Positions 1 through 8,704 are shown, numbered from the stretch's first letter. The stretch is 39,416 nucleotides of DNA from Candidatus Shapirobacteria bacterium (GCA_026395315.1 JAPLYY010000069.1:1-39416); one strand, 5' to 3'. Numbers and translations: made by a program. Notes: generated by a model from the sequence alone, not told the origin.

Positions 1-1
1 T

Positions 2-931
2 GGTTTGGTTGGGGTTGGTACCAGTAACCCCATCGCTAAATTAACTGTCAATGGTGATCTCTCTGTCGGTACTTCGGCTACCATTTCCGGTGTTCTCAAT
101 GTTGGTAATTCCGGCTTCTTCTCTTATGGAGTTGGTATCACTGGCAACTTGATGGTTGGTAGTTCCGGTTTGTTCCAATCCAATGTTGGTATCACTGGTA
201 ACTTGATGGTTGGTAGTTCCGGCTTGTTCCAATCCAATGTTGGTATCACTGGGAACTTGGAAGTTAATGGCAATGCCAACATCGGTACCACCATCACTTC
301 CAACACCGATATTTCCAGTATTTTCCTCGACAAGGAAAACAACAACTATTTCCTCAATCCCGCCGATGCCGGCCCCAATTCCAGTGCCCTCAATTTGTAT
401 GCCACCGCCAGTATCCGCTTCAACACTTATGGTGTTGGCAACACTTTCATCGTCGCCAATGCCGCCGCTTCCCGCCTCCTCAATTTCACCAATGGTCTGC
501 TTCTCGACGTCGGCAACACCGGCAGTGCCAACACCGCCATCACCTGGCCCGGCAACCAACTTTTCCTCAATACCTCCGGCAACGTTGGCATCGGGACAAC
601 CAGTCCAGCTTACAAATTGGATGTAAACGGAGAAATTAGAACAACTTCAAACCTGGTTGAAAAAAAGGTTATTTTTACTCCTTCAACAGTAGGTTGGTAT
701 AGAATCATCTCAAATACAGCCAGTGGACAAATGGGTGGAACAATAAGAATAAGCGCAGCGTACGACAATACCGTCACAGATCCCTGGACCAATCACCATA
801 TATGGTTATGGACCAAATATGCAAAATTTTGTAACCAGCCCCGTTGTCGGAGCCACTGTGGGTGCTACCGATGCCCAGACATTAACCTTGGGTCACGGCT
901 TTCGTACTACAAAAGGAGCAATTTTTGCTGA
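2..931 (+). CDS. Fibre/tail-fibre-like surface repeat protein, 5'-truncated at the window edge. Probably the upstream part of the 819..4649 ORF, with a frame change near 780-800.
   Basis: The frame is open from the window edge. It contains G-x-V-G-I/V-G-T-x-x-P-x-x-K-L-x-V-N-G motifs and an 18-aa tandem repeat. The last ~45 codons look off-frame (Cys/Arg-rich), while frame 3 is open from 753. Confidence 0.6.
   Translation, partial: GLVGVGTSNPIAKLTVNGDLSVGTSATISGVLNVGNSGFFSYGVGITGNLMVGSSGLFQSNVGITGNLMVGSSGLFQSNVGITGNLEVNGNANIGTTITSNTDISSIFLDKENNNYFLNPADAGPNSSALNLYATASIRFNTYGVGNTFIVANAAASRLLNFTNGLLLDVGNTGSANTAITWPGNQLFLNTSGNVGIGTTSPAYKLDVNGEIRTTSNLVEKKVIFTPSTVGWYRIISNTASGQMGGTIRISAAYDNTVTDPWTNHHIWLWTKYAKFCNQPRCRSHCGCYRCPDINLGSRLSYYKRSNFC
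131..262 (+). repeat. 54-nt (18-aa) direct tandem repeat, about 2.4 copies, inside the fibre gene.
   Basis: Copy 131-184 and copy 185-238 differ at 2 positions. A partial third copy runs 239-262. The repeat encodes VGITGNLMVGSSGLFQSN. Confidence 0.9.
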
Positions 932-3900
932 AACATCCGGCAACGTCGGGATTGGGACAACCAACCCAGCTTATAAACTTGTGGTCGCTGGTGATTCATA
1001 TTTATACAATCCAGGTTCAAATACAACTCTACGCGCCGTCAGTGCCGGCAACATCGTTTTTAGCCAAAATTTTAACGATGCCGGTGTTGATTTCTCCAAC
1101 AATGCCGGCGGCGTAATGAGATATACCTTTTCTAACGCCGCTGTCGGCATCGGGACAACAAGTCTAAGCGTAAGATTACAGGTATTAGGCAGTGATGCCA
1201 ACGCTCAACTGGGAGCAGGGGTTAATTCTGCTCTAAGGCTTACAAATACCAATGGAGGAGCTTCTGGTTACTTATCAGAAATCCAATTTGGAACTGCAGA
1301 TGCCACACATATTTTTGCGGCGATTGGAGGAGGTGTAGTTGACACGGGAAATAATACGAGAGGTTTTATTAGTTTTGGAATTCGTCCAACGGCCACAGAC
1401 GCTAATTTAACTGAAGCAATGAGAGTCAATTATAATGGCAATGTCGGCATCGGGACGACCAGCCCTGCCTATAAACTTGACGTTGCCGGCGATGTCAATA
1501 TCTCCGGCACCTTCAGGATCAATGGTACCGCTCTCGCAGCCGGAGGAAATGTCTCCACTACCGGGGGCACGACAGGGTATCTACCGAAGTTCTCTAGTGG
1601 TACGGCCATCGTCAATTCTGCTGTCTTTGAAACTGGCGGTAACGTCGGCATTGGCACGACGGACACATCCCACTCCAATCTTACAGTCATAGGTACTGCC
1701 GGTACTGCTGTTGAAATAGTCCTTGGCAACTCAGACAGTGTTTTTGGCTCAACAGGCTCTGGTTTAGCGCTTTTCTTGGGAACCGCCTCCGGCAACACTT
1801 ATGGAGTAATACAATCCGTTATCAGTGGGGGCACGAATAACGGAAATCTGATTTTACAACCCACTGGTGGCAATGTCGGCATTGGGACGTCGAGCCCAGA
1901 CTATCCTCTGGATATTGTTAGTGCGACGAGCTATCAAGCCCAATTTAAATCAACTGCCGCCAGTAACTTCGCCAGAATAATCCTTAACGGTGCTTCAACC
2001 AAAGGAGCAGATATAATTTTTCAGGAAGCGGGCAATACTCAGTGGGGTATTTATTCGAATGGTACGGCTGCCAGTTCATCATTAGGGTTTTATCCCCAAG
2101 ATGGTGCTACTCCTGCCCTAACGATCTCATCTTCCGGCTGGGTCGGCATTAATGGAGTCGGAGCTGTCAGCCCTCTGACTGTTAATGGCGGCATTTCTGC
2201 CGGAAGTTATTACGGAACAGCCGCACCATCAAACGGAATGATAATCAGTGGCAACGTCGGCATTGGCACCACCAACCCCGACTATCTTCTTGATTTCCAT
2301 GGTGTTGGCAACTTCACTCAGTTAGGTATCGGTGGCACTAATACTTTGTATTTATTAAATGTCGGCGGTACTGCTAAATTTAATAATTTATTAGCCTCTA
2401 ACAATGTTGGCATTGGCACCACGTCGCCGGGTGCACAAATGGATATATCTTCTGCCACCGGTGGAATATTAAGACTAAGTAGCAATGCTGCCAATTTTGA
2501 GGGCACAAACACCGCTGGGGAACTTCAATTTTACACTAGTGACGCAAGCATTAACGCCTCGGGTGTCGCCAGTGCCATCAAATATATTTCCGGCACTACT
2601 TGGAATCAAACAGGTCACGATGGACGTTTAGGATTCTTTCTAACTCCTTCTCTCAATGGTGGAGCCGGAATTGGGTTAACTGAAGTAATGACTATCAGTA
2701 ATAACCGCAACGTCGGCATCGGCACCACCAACCCTCTCTATCCGCTTCATGTCGTGGGCACCGGCTCTAGTGGAGTCGCTTTATTTTCGAATACAACGTC
2801 GGGTAACACCATGCCAGTAGTGGTTATCCAAACCGCCGGGTCGGGTACCACCGGGGCTGCCGATGCCGCCGAGTTTATCCGTTTTCTTAACTCGGCAGGT
2901 AACAAAGCCGGTCGGATCAGAATCGGCCAAACTGCCGCGTCGGTAGTTTATTCAGTATCGGCTACGGCCGATTTTGCCGAATATGTCATTGCCAGCGAAC
3001 CAACTGAAGCCGGCGATTTGATTTCCTTCTCCAATGGTAAATATTCCAAGTCCACTCTTGATAAACCTCTTGCCGGGATTCATTCCTCCGACCCTTCATT
3101 TGTCGGAAATGAAAATATTATGGATCAGCCTAATGCTTTTCCCATGGCCATGTCCGGAGTGGTCAGATTAAAAGTTAGTTCAATTAATGGACCGATAAAT
3201 CCGGGCGACCCCCTAACCGCCAGTTCCATTAACGGCGTTGCCGCCAAGGCCATCACCGCCGGAAATATTGCCGCCCGGGCCGCCGAGTACTACACCAACC
3301 CCGATCCCAATCATGTTGGGATGATCGGCGTTATTCTCAATCTAAGTTGGTATGACCCCGATGTTTTCCTCACCGACACCGGTCAGGTTGGCATCAACTA
3401 CAACGTCTCCTCCGACGTTCTTTCCTCTCTGGGCTACTCCGGTTCTAAAAATGAAATTGAAACCGCTCAATATAATTTAGCCGATTCTTTGGGTAAACCT
3501 GTTTCCCGTCTCGCCCAGTTTGCCCAAGTCGCCGCCGGCAAAATCACCACCGGTCTGCTTTCTGTCGAAAATATCATTGCCAAAAACATCGTTGCCGAAA
3601 GCACTAAATCCAAGAAGATCAGTACTGCCATCATTACTCCTCTTTCCGACCTTAGCAGTACCATCACTGTCGAGGGTAATCTCAACATTGCCAACACCCT
3701 CTCGGCCGTCGACGCCTCTATCTCCGGCACTCTGTATGCCAAAAACATCGTTTCCGACAACATCACCGCTCTTCGCGACCAAATCCGCTCTTTTATTTCT
3801 TCTTCTACTGAACCCAGCTCGGCTGGGCCCTCGGCTATTGCCCAGGCATCCCAAGACTGGACCTACGACATTGGCACCTCTCAAGTCACTGTCACTGGTT

Positions 3901-4649
3901 CCATGAGCCTCTCTGACAGCTTAGTCATCGCTGGTCAACTTAGTGTTCAAGGCACCACCAATCTAAGTCAATTAATTGCCGATGTCGCCAAGTTCAATGC
4001 CATTGAAACCACTTTAGCTCGCGTCGATTCCATCGAGGCGGCCAATACCGCTCTCTACATCCAACCCAGTAAATTAGGATCAGTCCACATCATGGGTGAA
4101 ACCCTGGTTATCACCGATGCCGGTTCAGTCGAAATCAACGGCAACCTGGCTGTTAGTGGCTTGGCTCGACTCAACAACGTTGAGGCGGCTGAAATTAAAT
4201 CTGCCTCCCTCTTTGCCAAATTAATCACTACCGACGAATTAATCACTAAAAAACTTACTACTGATCAGCTAAATGTTGCTACTGACTCCGCCACTATGAT
4301 TATTGCTGACAGCGGCTTTGCCAAGCTGGCTACCAGTTCTGCCCAAATCAACAGCAACGCCGTCGCCGGTACTGCCATCCTGCCTGCCGGTAAAACCGAG
4401 CTGGTCATCAACAATCCCAAAGTCACCGCCGCCTCCATGGTTTACCTCACCCCCAACGGTTCTACCAATAACCAGGTTCTCTACATTAAAGACAAATCTG
4501 TATCTAATGTAGAGACGTTCCGCGGAACGTCTCTACCAAACGACGCCCAAACCGCTACCCCATCGGCTTCTCCCACCCCCAGCTTCACCATTGCTCTCGA
4601 CCAACCCCTCGCCACCGACATTCAGGTTAACTGGTGGATTATAAATTAA
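819..4649 (+). CDS. Giant fibre/adhesin-like surface protein (1276 aa).
   Basis: Long ORF with at least 10 copies of the N-V-G-I-G-T-T-x-P-x-Y-x-L-x-V motif between Gly/Ser/Thr-rich segments. The C-terminal domain of roughly 70-95 aa ends in NWWIIN and is shared with the next gene. The function is inferred from composition only. Confidence 0.8.
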   Translation: MQNFVTSPVVGATVGATDAQTLTLGHGFRTTKGAIFAETSGNVGIGTTNPAYKLVVAGDSYLYNPGSNTTLRAVSAGNIVFSQNFNDAGVDFSNNAGGVMRYTFSNAAVGIGTTSLSVRLQVLGSDANAQLGAGVNSALRLTNTNGGASGYLSEIQFGTADATHIFAAIGGGVVDTGNNTRGFISFGIRPTATDANLTEAMRVNYNGNVGIGTTSPAYKLDVAGDVNISGTFRINGTALAAGGNVSTTGGTTGYLPKFSSGTAIVNSAVFETGGNVGIGTTDTSHSNLTVIGTAGTAVEIVLGNSDSVFGSTGSGLALFLGTASGNTYGVIQSVISGGTNNGNLILQPTGGNVGIGTSSPDYPLDIVSATSYQAQFKSTAASNFARIILNGASTKGADIIFQEAGNTQWGIYSNGTAASSSLGFYPQDGATPALTISSSGWVGINGVGAVSPLTVNGGISAGSYYGTAAPSNGMIISGNVGIGTTNPDYLLDFHGVGNFTQLGIGGTNTLYLLNVGGTAKFNNLLASNNVGIGTTSPGAQMDISSATGGILRLSSNAANFEGTNTAGELQFYTSDASINASGVASAIKYISGTTWNQTGHDGRLGFFLTPSLNGGAGIGLTEVMTISNNRNVGIGTTNPLYPLHVVGTGSSGVALFSNTTSGNTMPVVVIQTAGSGTTGAADAAEFIRFLNSAGNKAGRIRIGQTAASVVYSVSATADFAEYVIASEPTEAGDLISFSNGKYSKSTLDKPLAGIHSSDPSFVGNENIMDQPNAFPMAMSGVVRLKVSSINGPINPGDPLTASSINGVAAKAITAGNIAARAAEYYTNPDPNHVGMIGVILNLSWYDPDVFLTDTGQVGINYNVSSDVLSSLGYSGSKNEIETAQYNLADSLGKPVSRLAQFAQVAAGKITTGLLSVENIIAKNIVAESTKSKKISTAIITPLSDLSSTITVEGNLNIANTLSAVDASISGTLYAKNIVSDNITALRDQIRSFISSSTEPSSAGPSAIAQASQDWTYDIGTSQVTVTGSMSLSDSLVIAGQLSVQGTTNLSQLIADVAKFNAIETTLARVDSIEAANTALYIQPSKLGSVHIMGETLVITDAGSVEINGNLAVSGLARLNNVEAAEIKSASLFAKLITTDELITKKLTTDQLNVATDSATMIIADSGFAKLATSSAQINSNAVAGTAILPAGKTELVINNPKVTAASMVYLTPNGSTNNQVLYIKDKSVSNVETFRGTSLPNDAQTATPSASPTPSFTIALDQPLATDIQVNWWIIN
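4509..4536. repeat. 28-bp perfect palindrome inside the fibre CDS (family C-like).
   Basis: The sequence gtagagacgttccg|cggaacgtctctac is flanked by TGTA...TACCA. It encodes VETFRGTSL within a segment that is missing from the paralogous domain of the next gene. Confidence 0.85.
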
Positions 4650-4685
4650 ACCCTAACCCTACCCTTTCCCTTGACAGGGCAAGGG
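4648..4685 (-). repeat. Family A element, G-tract-tail subtype, reverse orientation.
   Basis: Sequence aaaccctaaccctaccctttcccttgacagggcaaggg. It starts inside the TAA stop codon of 819..4649. Confidence 0.85.
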
Positions 4686-4690
4686 TTTTA

Positions 4691-4733
4691 GGCTCCCCTG
4701 TCAAGTGGAGCTGGCCGAAGGACTGAGGGGTTT
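4691..4733 (+). repeat. Family A element, variable-hairpin subtype, slightly degenerate.
   Basis: Sequence ggctcccctgtcaagtggagctggccgaaggactgaggggttt. It has two stem mismatches relative to the copies at 12620 and 23666. Confidence 0.85.
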
Positions 4734-4764
4734 GTTCTATTATTAATTTACTTTATACTTATCT

Positions 4765-6021
4765 ATGGATCTCACTCCCGATCAGCTTAAACAACTAAAA
4801 GACCTCGGTTTAGATATATCTAATCCCCTATCTTCTATATCTAAAGATATCAGAAACGATCAGCCTTTACCCCCAACTTTAGGTCAAATTCCCGTTGGTC
4901 CGGTTGTTAGCACTCGTCACTTCTCTCTGCTACCTCTACTCTCCATTTCTGGACTTTCTCTCGTTTCTTTTGGCGGCCTGCTCCTCTTTAAATCTAAAGC
5001 CGAAACCCCGTCCGGGCAGATCCCCGTATCTGCCCCCTCTCCCAATCCCCAACAATCTCAAATTGAACCAACTCAGGTTCCCAAATCCATTCAGCACTAC
5101 CTTCTTGCTTCCCAGCAATATTTTAGCAGCGCTTTAGCTGCTCAAAATTGTACGGGCGGACCGACGTGTCCGCCCTCCAACCTCCCCGATCTACTTAACC
5201 AATCCATTCTCACCGCTACCGACGCCATCAAAGACTTCCCCACCGATTTCCGCGGCTACCAGCAACGCGGCTCCATCTATTTATCTTTAATTGACTCGCA
5301 ACCCCAGTTCTTAGATAGCGCCATCGCCGACTTTTCCCGGGCTTCCGAGCTTAATCCTGCCAGCGCCGATATCAGCCGTTCCCTGGCCACTCTCTTTGCC
5401 AAAAAAGGCGATGTTCCCAATACCCTTGCCTACCTTAGCCGCACCGTCGCTATTGAACCTACCAAAGCCCAGAATTTTTATGATTTGGCCAAACTCCAAC
5501 AACAAGCGGGCTTAATTCCCCAAGCTCTTGACACCTACTCAACTCTCCTACCCCTTATCAGTGATCCCGTTCAAAAACAACAGGTCCAAACCGAACTTTC
5601 CTCTCTTGAAAAATTGGCCTCCCAGAATACATCAAACAGTGCTTTACCTTCTCCTTTTACCTCGCCAAAGCCTACTGGCGACGGCGGGTCTATATCACTC
5701 CCCGACCACCCCAATCTAATCCAAGCCAATACCAACCAAGGTCTGATTATCGCCGCCCCGGCCACTTCCCCAGACATTTCTGTCACCAATCTTTCCGCTT
5801 CCAATTCTCTCTCCGGCACCGGTATTCTCCCCGCCAACACTGCTTCTGTTTCTTTTTCCAATTCCCATCTTTCTTCTGCTTCCCAGGTTTACCTCACTAT
5901 CATCAAAGGCGGTACCAACCAGTCACTCCAAGTCCTCAGCCGTTCCACCGACTCCTTCACCGTTGGCCTCGACTCACCCATTTCTGAACCCATCGAGTTC
6001 AAGTGGTGGATTGTGAATTAA
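4765..6021 (+). CDS. Membrane-anchored TPR-repeat protein with a C-terminal domain ending KWWIVN.
   Basis: 418-aa ORF with one hydrophobic helix (LLPLLSISGLSLVSFGGLLLF) and TPR-like helical repeats (RGSIYLSL...ALDTYSTLL). The C-terminal domain aligns with that of the preceding gene. Confidence 0.75.
   Translation: MDLTPDQLKQLKDLGLDISNPLSSISKDIRNDQPLPPTLGQIPVGPVVSTRHFSLLPLLSISGLSLVSFGGLLLFKSKAETPSGQIPVSAPSPNPQQSQIEPTQVPKSIQHYLLASQQYFSSALAAQNCTGGPTCPPSNLPDLLNQSILTATDAIKDFPTDFRGYQQRGSIYLSLIDSQPQFLDSAIADFSRASELNPASADISRSLATLFAKKGDVPNTLAYLSRTVAIEPTKAQNFYDLAKLQQQAGLIPQALDTYSTLLPLISDPVQKQQVQTELSSLEKLASQNTSNSALPSPFTSPKPTGDGGSISLPDHPNLIQANTNQGLIIAAPATSPDISVTNLSASNSLSGTGILPANTASVSFSNSHLSSASQVYLTIIKGGTNQSLQVLSRSTDSFTVGLDSPISEPIEFKWWIVN
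5149..5180 (+). repeat. Family C palindromic element inside a CDS.
   Basis: Sequence tgtacGGGCGGACcgacgtGTCCGCCCtccaa. It encodes CTGGPTCPPS in 4765..6021. Confidence 0.8.
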
Positions 6022-6030
6022 ACCCAATTT

Positions 6031-6068
6031 AAACCCTTCCCCTACCCCTTCCCTTGACAGGGCAGGGG
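6031..6068 (-). repeat. Family A element, G-tract-tail subtype, reverse orientation.
   Basis: Sequence aaacccttcccctaccccttcccttgacagggcagggg. It lies 10 nt after the stop of 4765..6021 and 12 nt before the DUF559 start. Confidence 0.85.
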
Positions 6069-6080
6069 TAAAATTATTTA

Positions 6081-6509
6081 GTGAAAAAAGATATTGTTAT
6101 CGAAGCTAAAACTCAAAAGTACCATCTCCGGTACCGGGATTCCTTAACTTGGGCGGCCAGGAACAATCGAAAGAAAGAGACAGAAGCTGAAAAACTTATT
6201 TGGAATCAATTATTACGAAGAAAAAATCTAGGAGTTAAGTTTGTTAAACAAAAACCAATTGATAGATTCATATTAGATTTCTATTGCTCCAATCTATGTT
6301 TAGCTATTGAAATTGACGGTGGATCTCACAAAGTTAAGTCTGGAAGGGACAACCTCAGGGATAAATATCTTAAAGCCTGTGGTATAACCACACTTCGGTT
6401 TACAAATAAAGAGGTGATCAACAACATAAAAGAAGTTGCAAGAATAATCAGAAAATATATTTCTGATTCCCTTGCCCTGTCAAGGGAAAGGGTTAGGGAT
6501 AGGGTTTAA
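6081..6509 (+). CDS. DUF559 / Vsr-like endonuclease-domain protein.
   Basis: GTG start. The segment TEAEKLIWNQLLRRKNLGVKFVKQKPIDRFILDFYCSNLCLAIEIDGGSHK...LKACGITTLRFTNKEV matches the DUF559 pattern from memory. The last 13 aa and the stop codon come from a family A element. Confidence 0.85.
   Translation: MKKDIVIEAKTQKYHLRYRDSLTWAARNNRKKETEAEKLIWNQLLRRKNLGVKFVKQKPIDRFILDFYCSNLCLAIEIDGGSHKVKSGRDNLRDKYLKACGITTLRFTNKEVINNIKEVARIIRKYISDSLALSRERVRDRV
6469..6507 (+). repeat. Family A element, G-tract-tail subtype.
   Basis: Sequence cccttgccctgtcaagggaaagggttagggatagggttt. It is identical to 8706-8744 and forms the C-terminus (SLALSRERVRDRV) of the DUF559 ORF. Confidence 0.9.
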
Positions 6510-6511
6510 AA

Positions 6512-8566
6512 TTAAGGTGTTGACCCCCCCGTTGGTGTTACCGTCACAGTTGGTTTCGGTGTTCCTGTGGGTACTGCCGTCACTGCCGGTGTGGCCTGCC
6601 CGCCTATGGTGGGTGGTGCCAAATCTTGCGGCGGCACGCTGACCTTCGCTTCTTTACCTACTGTCGGTTGAGGCGCCGGTGCTTTCAAAGTTTCCGGTTT
6701 TGGTGTCGGGGTTGGTGTTACGCCTGTCGCTGCTTGCTGTTTTTTAGTCAGATCATCCAATTCCTTCTTCCACACCGTTAACTCCCCGTTAGCTTTTTCG
6801 TAATCAGCCGAAGTTGTCGGTACCAGTGCTACCGCCTGGGTCAACCTCTGCACCGCATCTGCCAACCGGTTCATTTGTTTGGCGTTGTAAGCCCAGTTAT
6901 ACCAACCGTTAGCATAATCCGGCTTATTAGTTACCGCTTGCTCAAACAATCTGTCAGCTTCCTCATATTTGCCGGCCGCATACAATAAACCACCCATATC
7001 CAATTCCAAAGATGGATTAGTCGGATCCAGTACCACCGCCTGCTGATAAGCTTGGTATGACCAGTCGGGCGAACCGTCAACTACTCCGATAATCTGTCGA
7101 TAAATTTGAGCCAAGTTTGTCCAATTAGCCACATCCAACTGATCCAAGCTGACCGCTGCCTTCCCTTCCCGCACTGATTGTTGAATCAGCACCGAGGCTT
7201 TGTCTTTATCCGCTGTGGTTATATCTTTATTTGTCAGTAAACTCACCGCCAGAGCCAAATTGGTCTGGGAATATACCCGGCGATATTCTGACACCAATGG
7301 ATTAATACCGATGGCTTTAATTTGTTGATTGTAGGTTGTCCCGCCGTCGTTCTTCGATGCCGCCACCAACGATTGTCGGTAATAATAGTCAGCCGCTGTT
7401 ATTTTTCCTATATTAAATCCGCTCCAAGCCATCGCCGCCACCAGCACCACCGCCACCGCCCAAGGCATGGCGTTAATCCCGCTCTCCCCCACTTTTAATA
7501 CCAATCCAACCGTCTTTGTCTCCAAATTAGAGGACACTAATAACCACATCAACAGCCACCAAATCATCAGATTTACCGGCAGAAATAAAAATGCCGCCAG
7601 CATCAACACCAATCGTACCCAAGTCACATCTTTTTTTTGCCTGACTATCACTAAAATTGTCAAAAAAATCAAACCCAAACCCACAATTCCCAATTCTGTC
7701 CACAATTGCAACCAGCCGTTAATCGATATATTAAATCCGCTGGCCCAGTATTTGGTCACGTTATAACTTGCCGGCCGGTATAAGTTAAATGCCGTTGAAA
7801 AATCCCCGATACCTATTCCGGTCAGCGGATTTCTTTTAAAAGCTTCCACCGCAATCACCCAAGATGAACTTGGATCCAGCACCACCCATCCGCTTTTTTT
7901 AATCTTTATTAAAGACAACGCCAACACCAAAATAAACACCGCTGTCAACACCGCCGCCATAATATAATTCCCATTGGCCTTTAATTTCTTTCCCAGTCTT
8001 CTACCCCATTCCACTGCCAAAAACGCCATTAAAATCGCTTCAGATAATAACGATCCGGTTAAGGACCAGCCAGCGGAAATCGATACTAGTGGATTATCTT
8101 TTGGCCATACAATCGGCAATTTACTTGCGGGAATTAAAAAGGTTACCAACGAAGTCACCACCACCAATAATCCCCCAATAGTTAACCAACTCAACTGTTT
8201 TTCTGCTTCTTCTTTGTCTGTCACCTGTAACCACAAGAAACCCCACACTACCACCGTTGCCAATGCCGTCAAGCCACTACTGCTCATAATTGCCTTCATC
8301 TGTATTCCCGGTGCTGCTACTTCCCGGAAAAATAAATATCCCGCCCATACCGTTAACAGTAAAAATAGTCCCCACCCCCAATTAAATTTAACTGCTTCTT
8401 TTTTCTCAATTATCAATGCCGCCAACCACAGTAACAGCCCGACCATTCCTAAAAGTAGTAAAAACACTACCTTACCAAATCCGTATGCATCCATTATCAC
8501 CGGTAAAAAGAACACCGGTGCCAACATCATTACTACTCTTAGAAAATATTTTAATACTTTAGTCAT
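6512..8566 (-). CDS. Polytopic membrane protein (O-antigen ligase/Wzy-like topology) with C-terminal TPR repeats and a Pro/Thr-rich tail.
   Basis: 684-aa ORF with about 10-12 hydrophobic helices in the first ~390 aa. TPR-like repeats follow (YRQIIG...AYQQAVVLDPTNP...YEEADRLFEQAVTNKPDYANGWYNWAY). Confidence 0.7.
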   Translation of the reverse strand: MTKVLKYFLRVVMMLAPVFFLPVIMDAYGFGKVVFLLLLGMVGLLLWLAALIIEKKEAVKFNWGWGLFLLLTVWAGYLFFREVAAPGIQMKAIMSSSGLTALATVVVWGFLWLQVTDKEEAEKQLSWLTIGGLLVVVTSLVTFLIPASKLPIVWPKDNPLVSISAGWSLTGSLLSEAILMAFLAVEWGRRLGKKLKANGNYIMAAVLTAVFILVLALSLIKIKKSGWVVLDPSSSWVIAVEAFKRNPLTGIGIGDFSTAFNLYRPASYNVTKYWASGFNISINGWLQLWTELGIVGLGLIFLTILVIVRQKKDVTWVRLVLMLAAFLFLPVNLMIWWLLMWLLVSSNLETKTVGLVLKVGESGINAMPWAVAVVLVAAMAWSGFNIGKITAADYYYRQSLVAASKNDGGTTYNQQIKAIGINPLVSEYRRVYSQTNLALAVSLLTNKDITTADKDKASVLIQQSVREGKAAVSLDQLDVANWTNLAQIYRQIIGVVDGSPDWSYQAYQQAVVLDPTNPSLELDMGGLLYAAGKYEEADRLFEQAVTNKPDYANGWYNWAYNAKQMNRLADAVQRLTQAVALVPTTSADYEKANGELTVWKKELDDLTKKQQAATGVTPTPTPKPETLKAPAPQPTVGKEAKVSVPPQDLAPPTIGGQATPAVTAVPTGTPKPTVTVTPTGGSTP

Positions 8567-8639
8567 GCTCTCAGTGTAATCAAACTGTTTCTAACCATCA
8601 ACTACCAGGTATACCTTTTCTCCGCATTATTTCCAAATC

Positions 8640-8685
8640 AAACCCTTCAGTCAGCCGCGGCTGACAACTCCCTTTGACAGGGAAG
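8640..8685 (-). repeat. Family A element, variable-hairpin subtype, reverse orientation.
   Basis: Sequence aaacccttca-GTCAGCCGCGGCTGAC-aactccctttgacagggaag. Confidence 0.85.
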
Positions 8686-8704
8686 CAAAATTCATACCTA
8701 TTAT

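Noticed and set aside
41-4512. Numerous antisense or alternate-frame ORFs inside the fibre gene (41..559, 124..345, 210..626, 1469..1798, 3477..3884, 3520..3906 and others).
   Set aside because: They are shadow ORFs caused by the repetitive, compositionally biased sequence of the long frame-3 ORF. Their products are Pro/Ser/Thr-rich low complexity.
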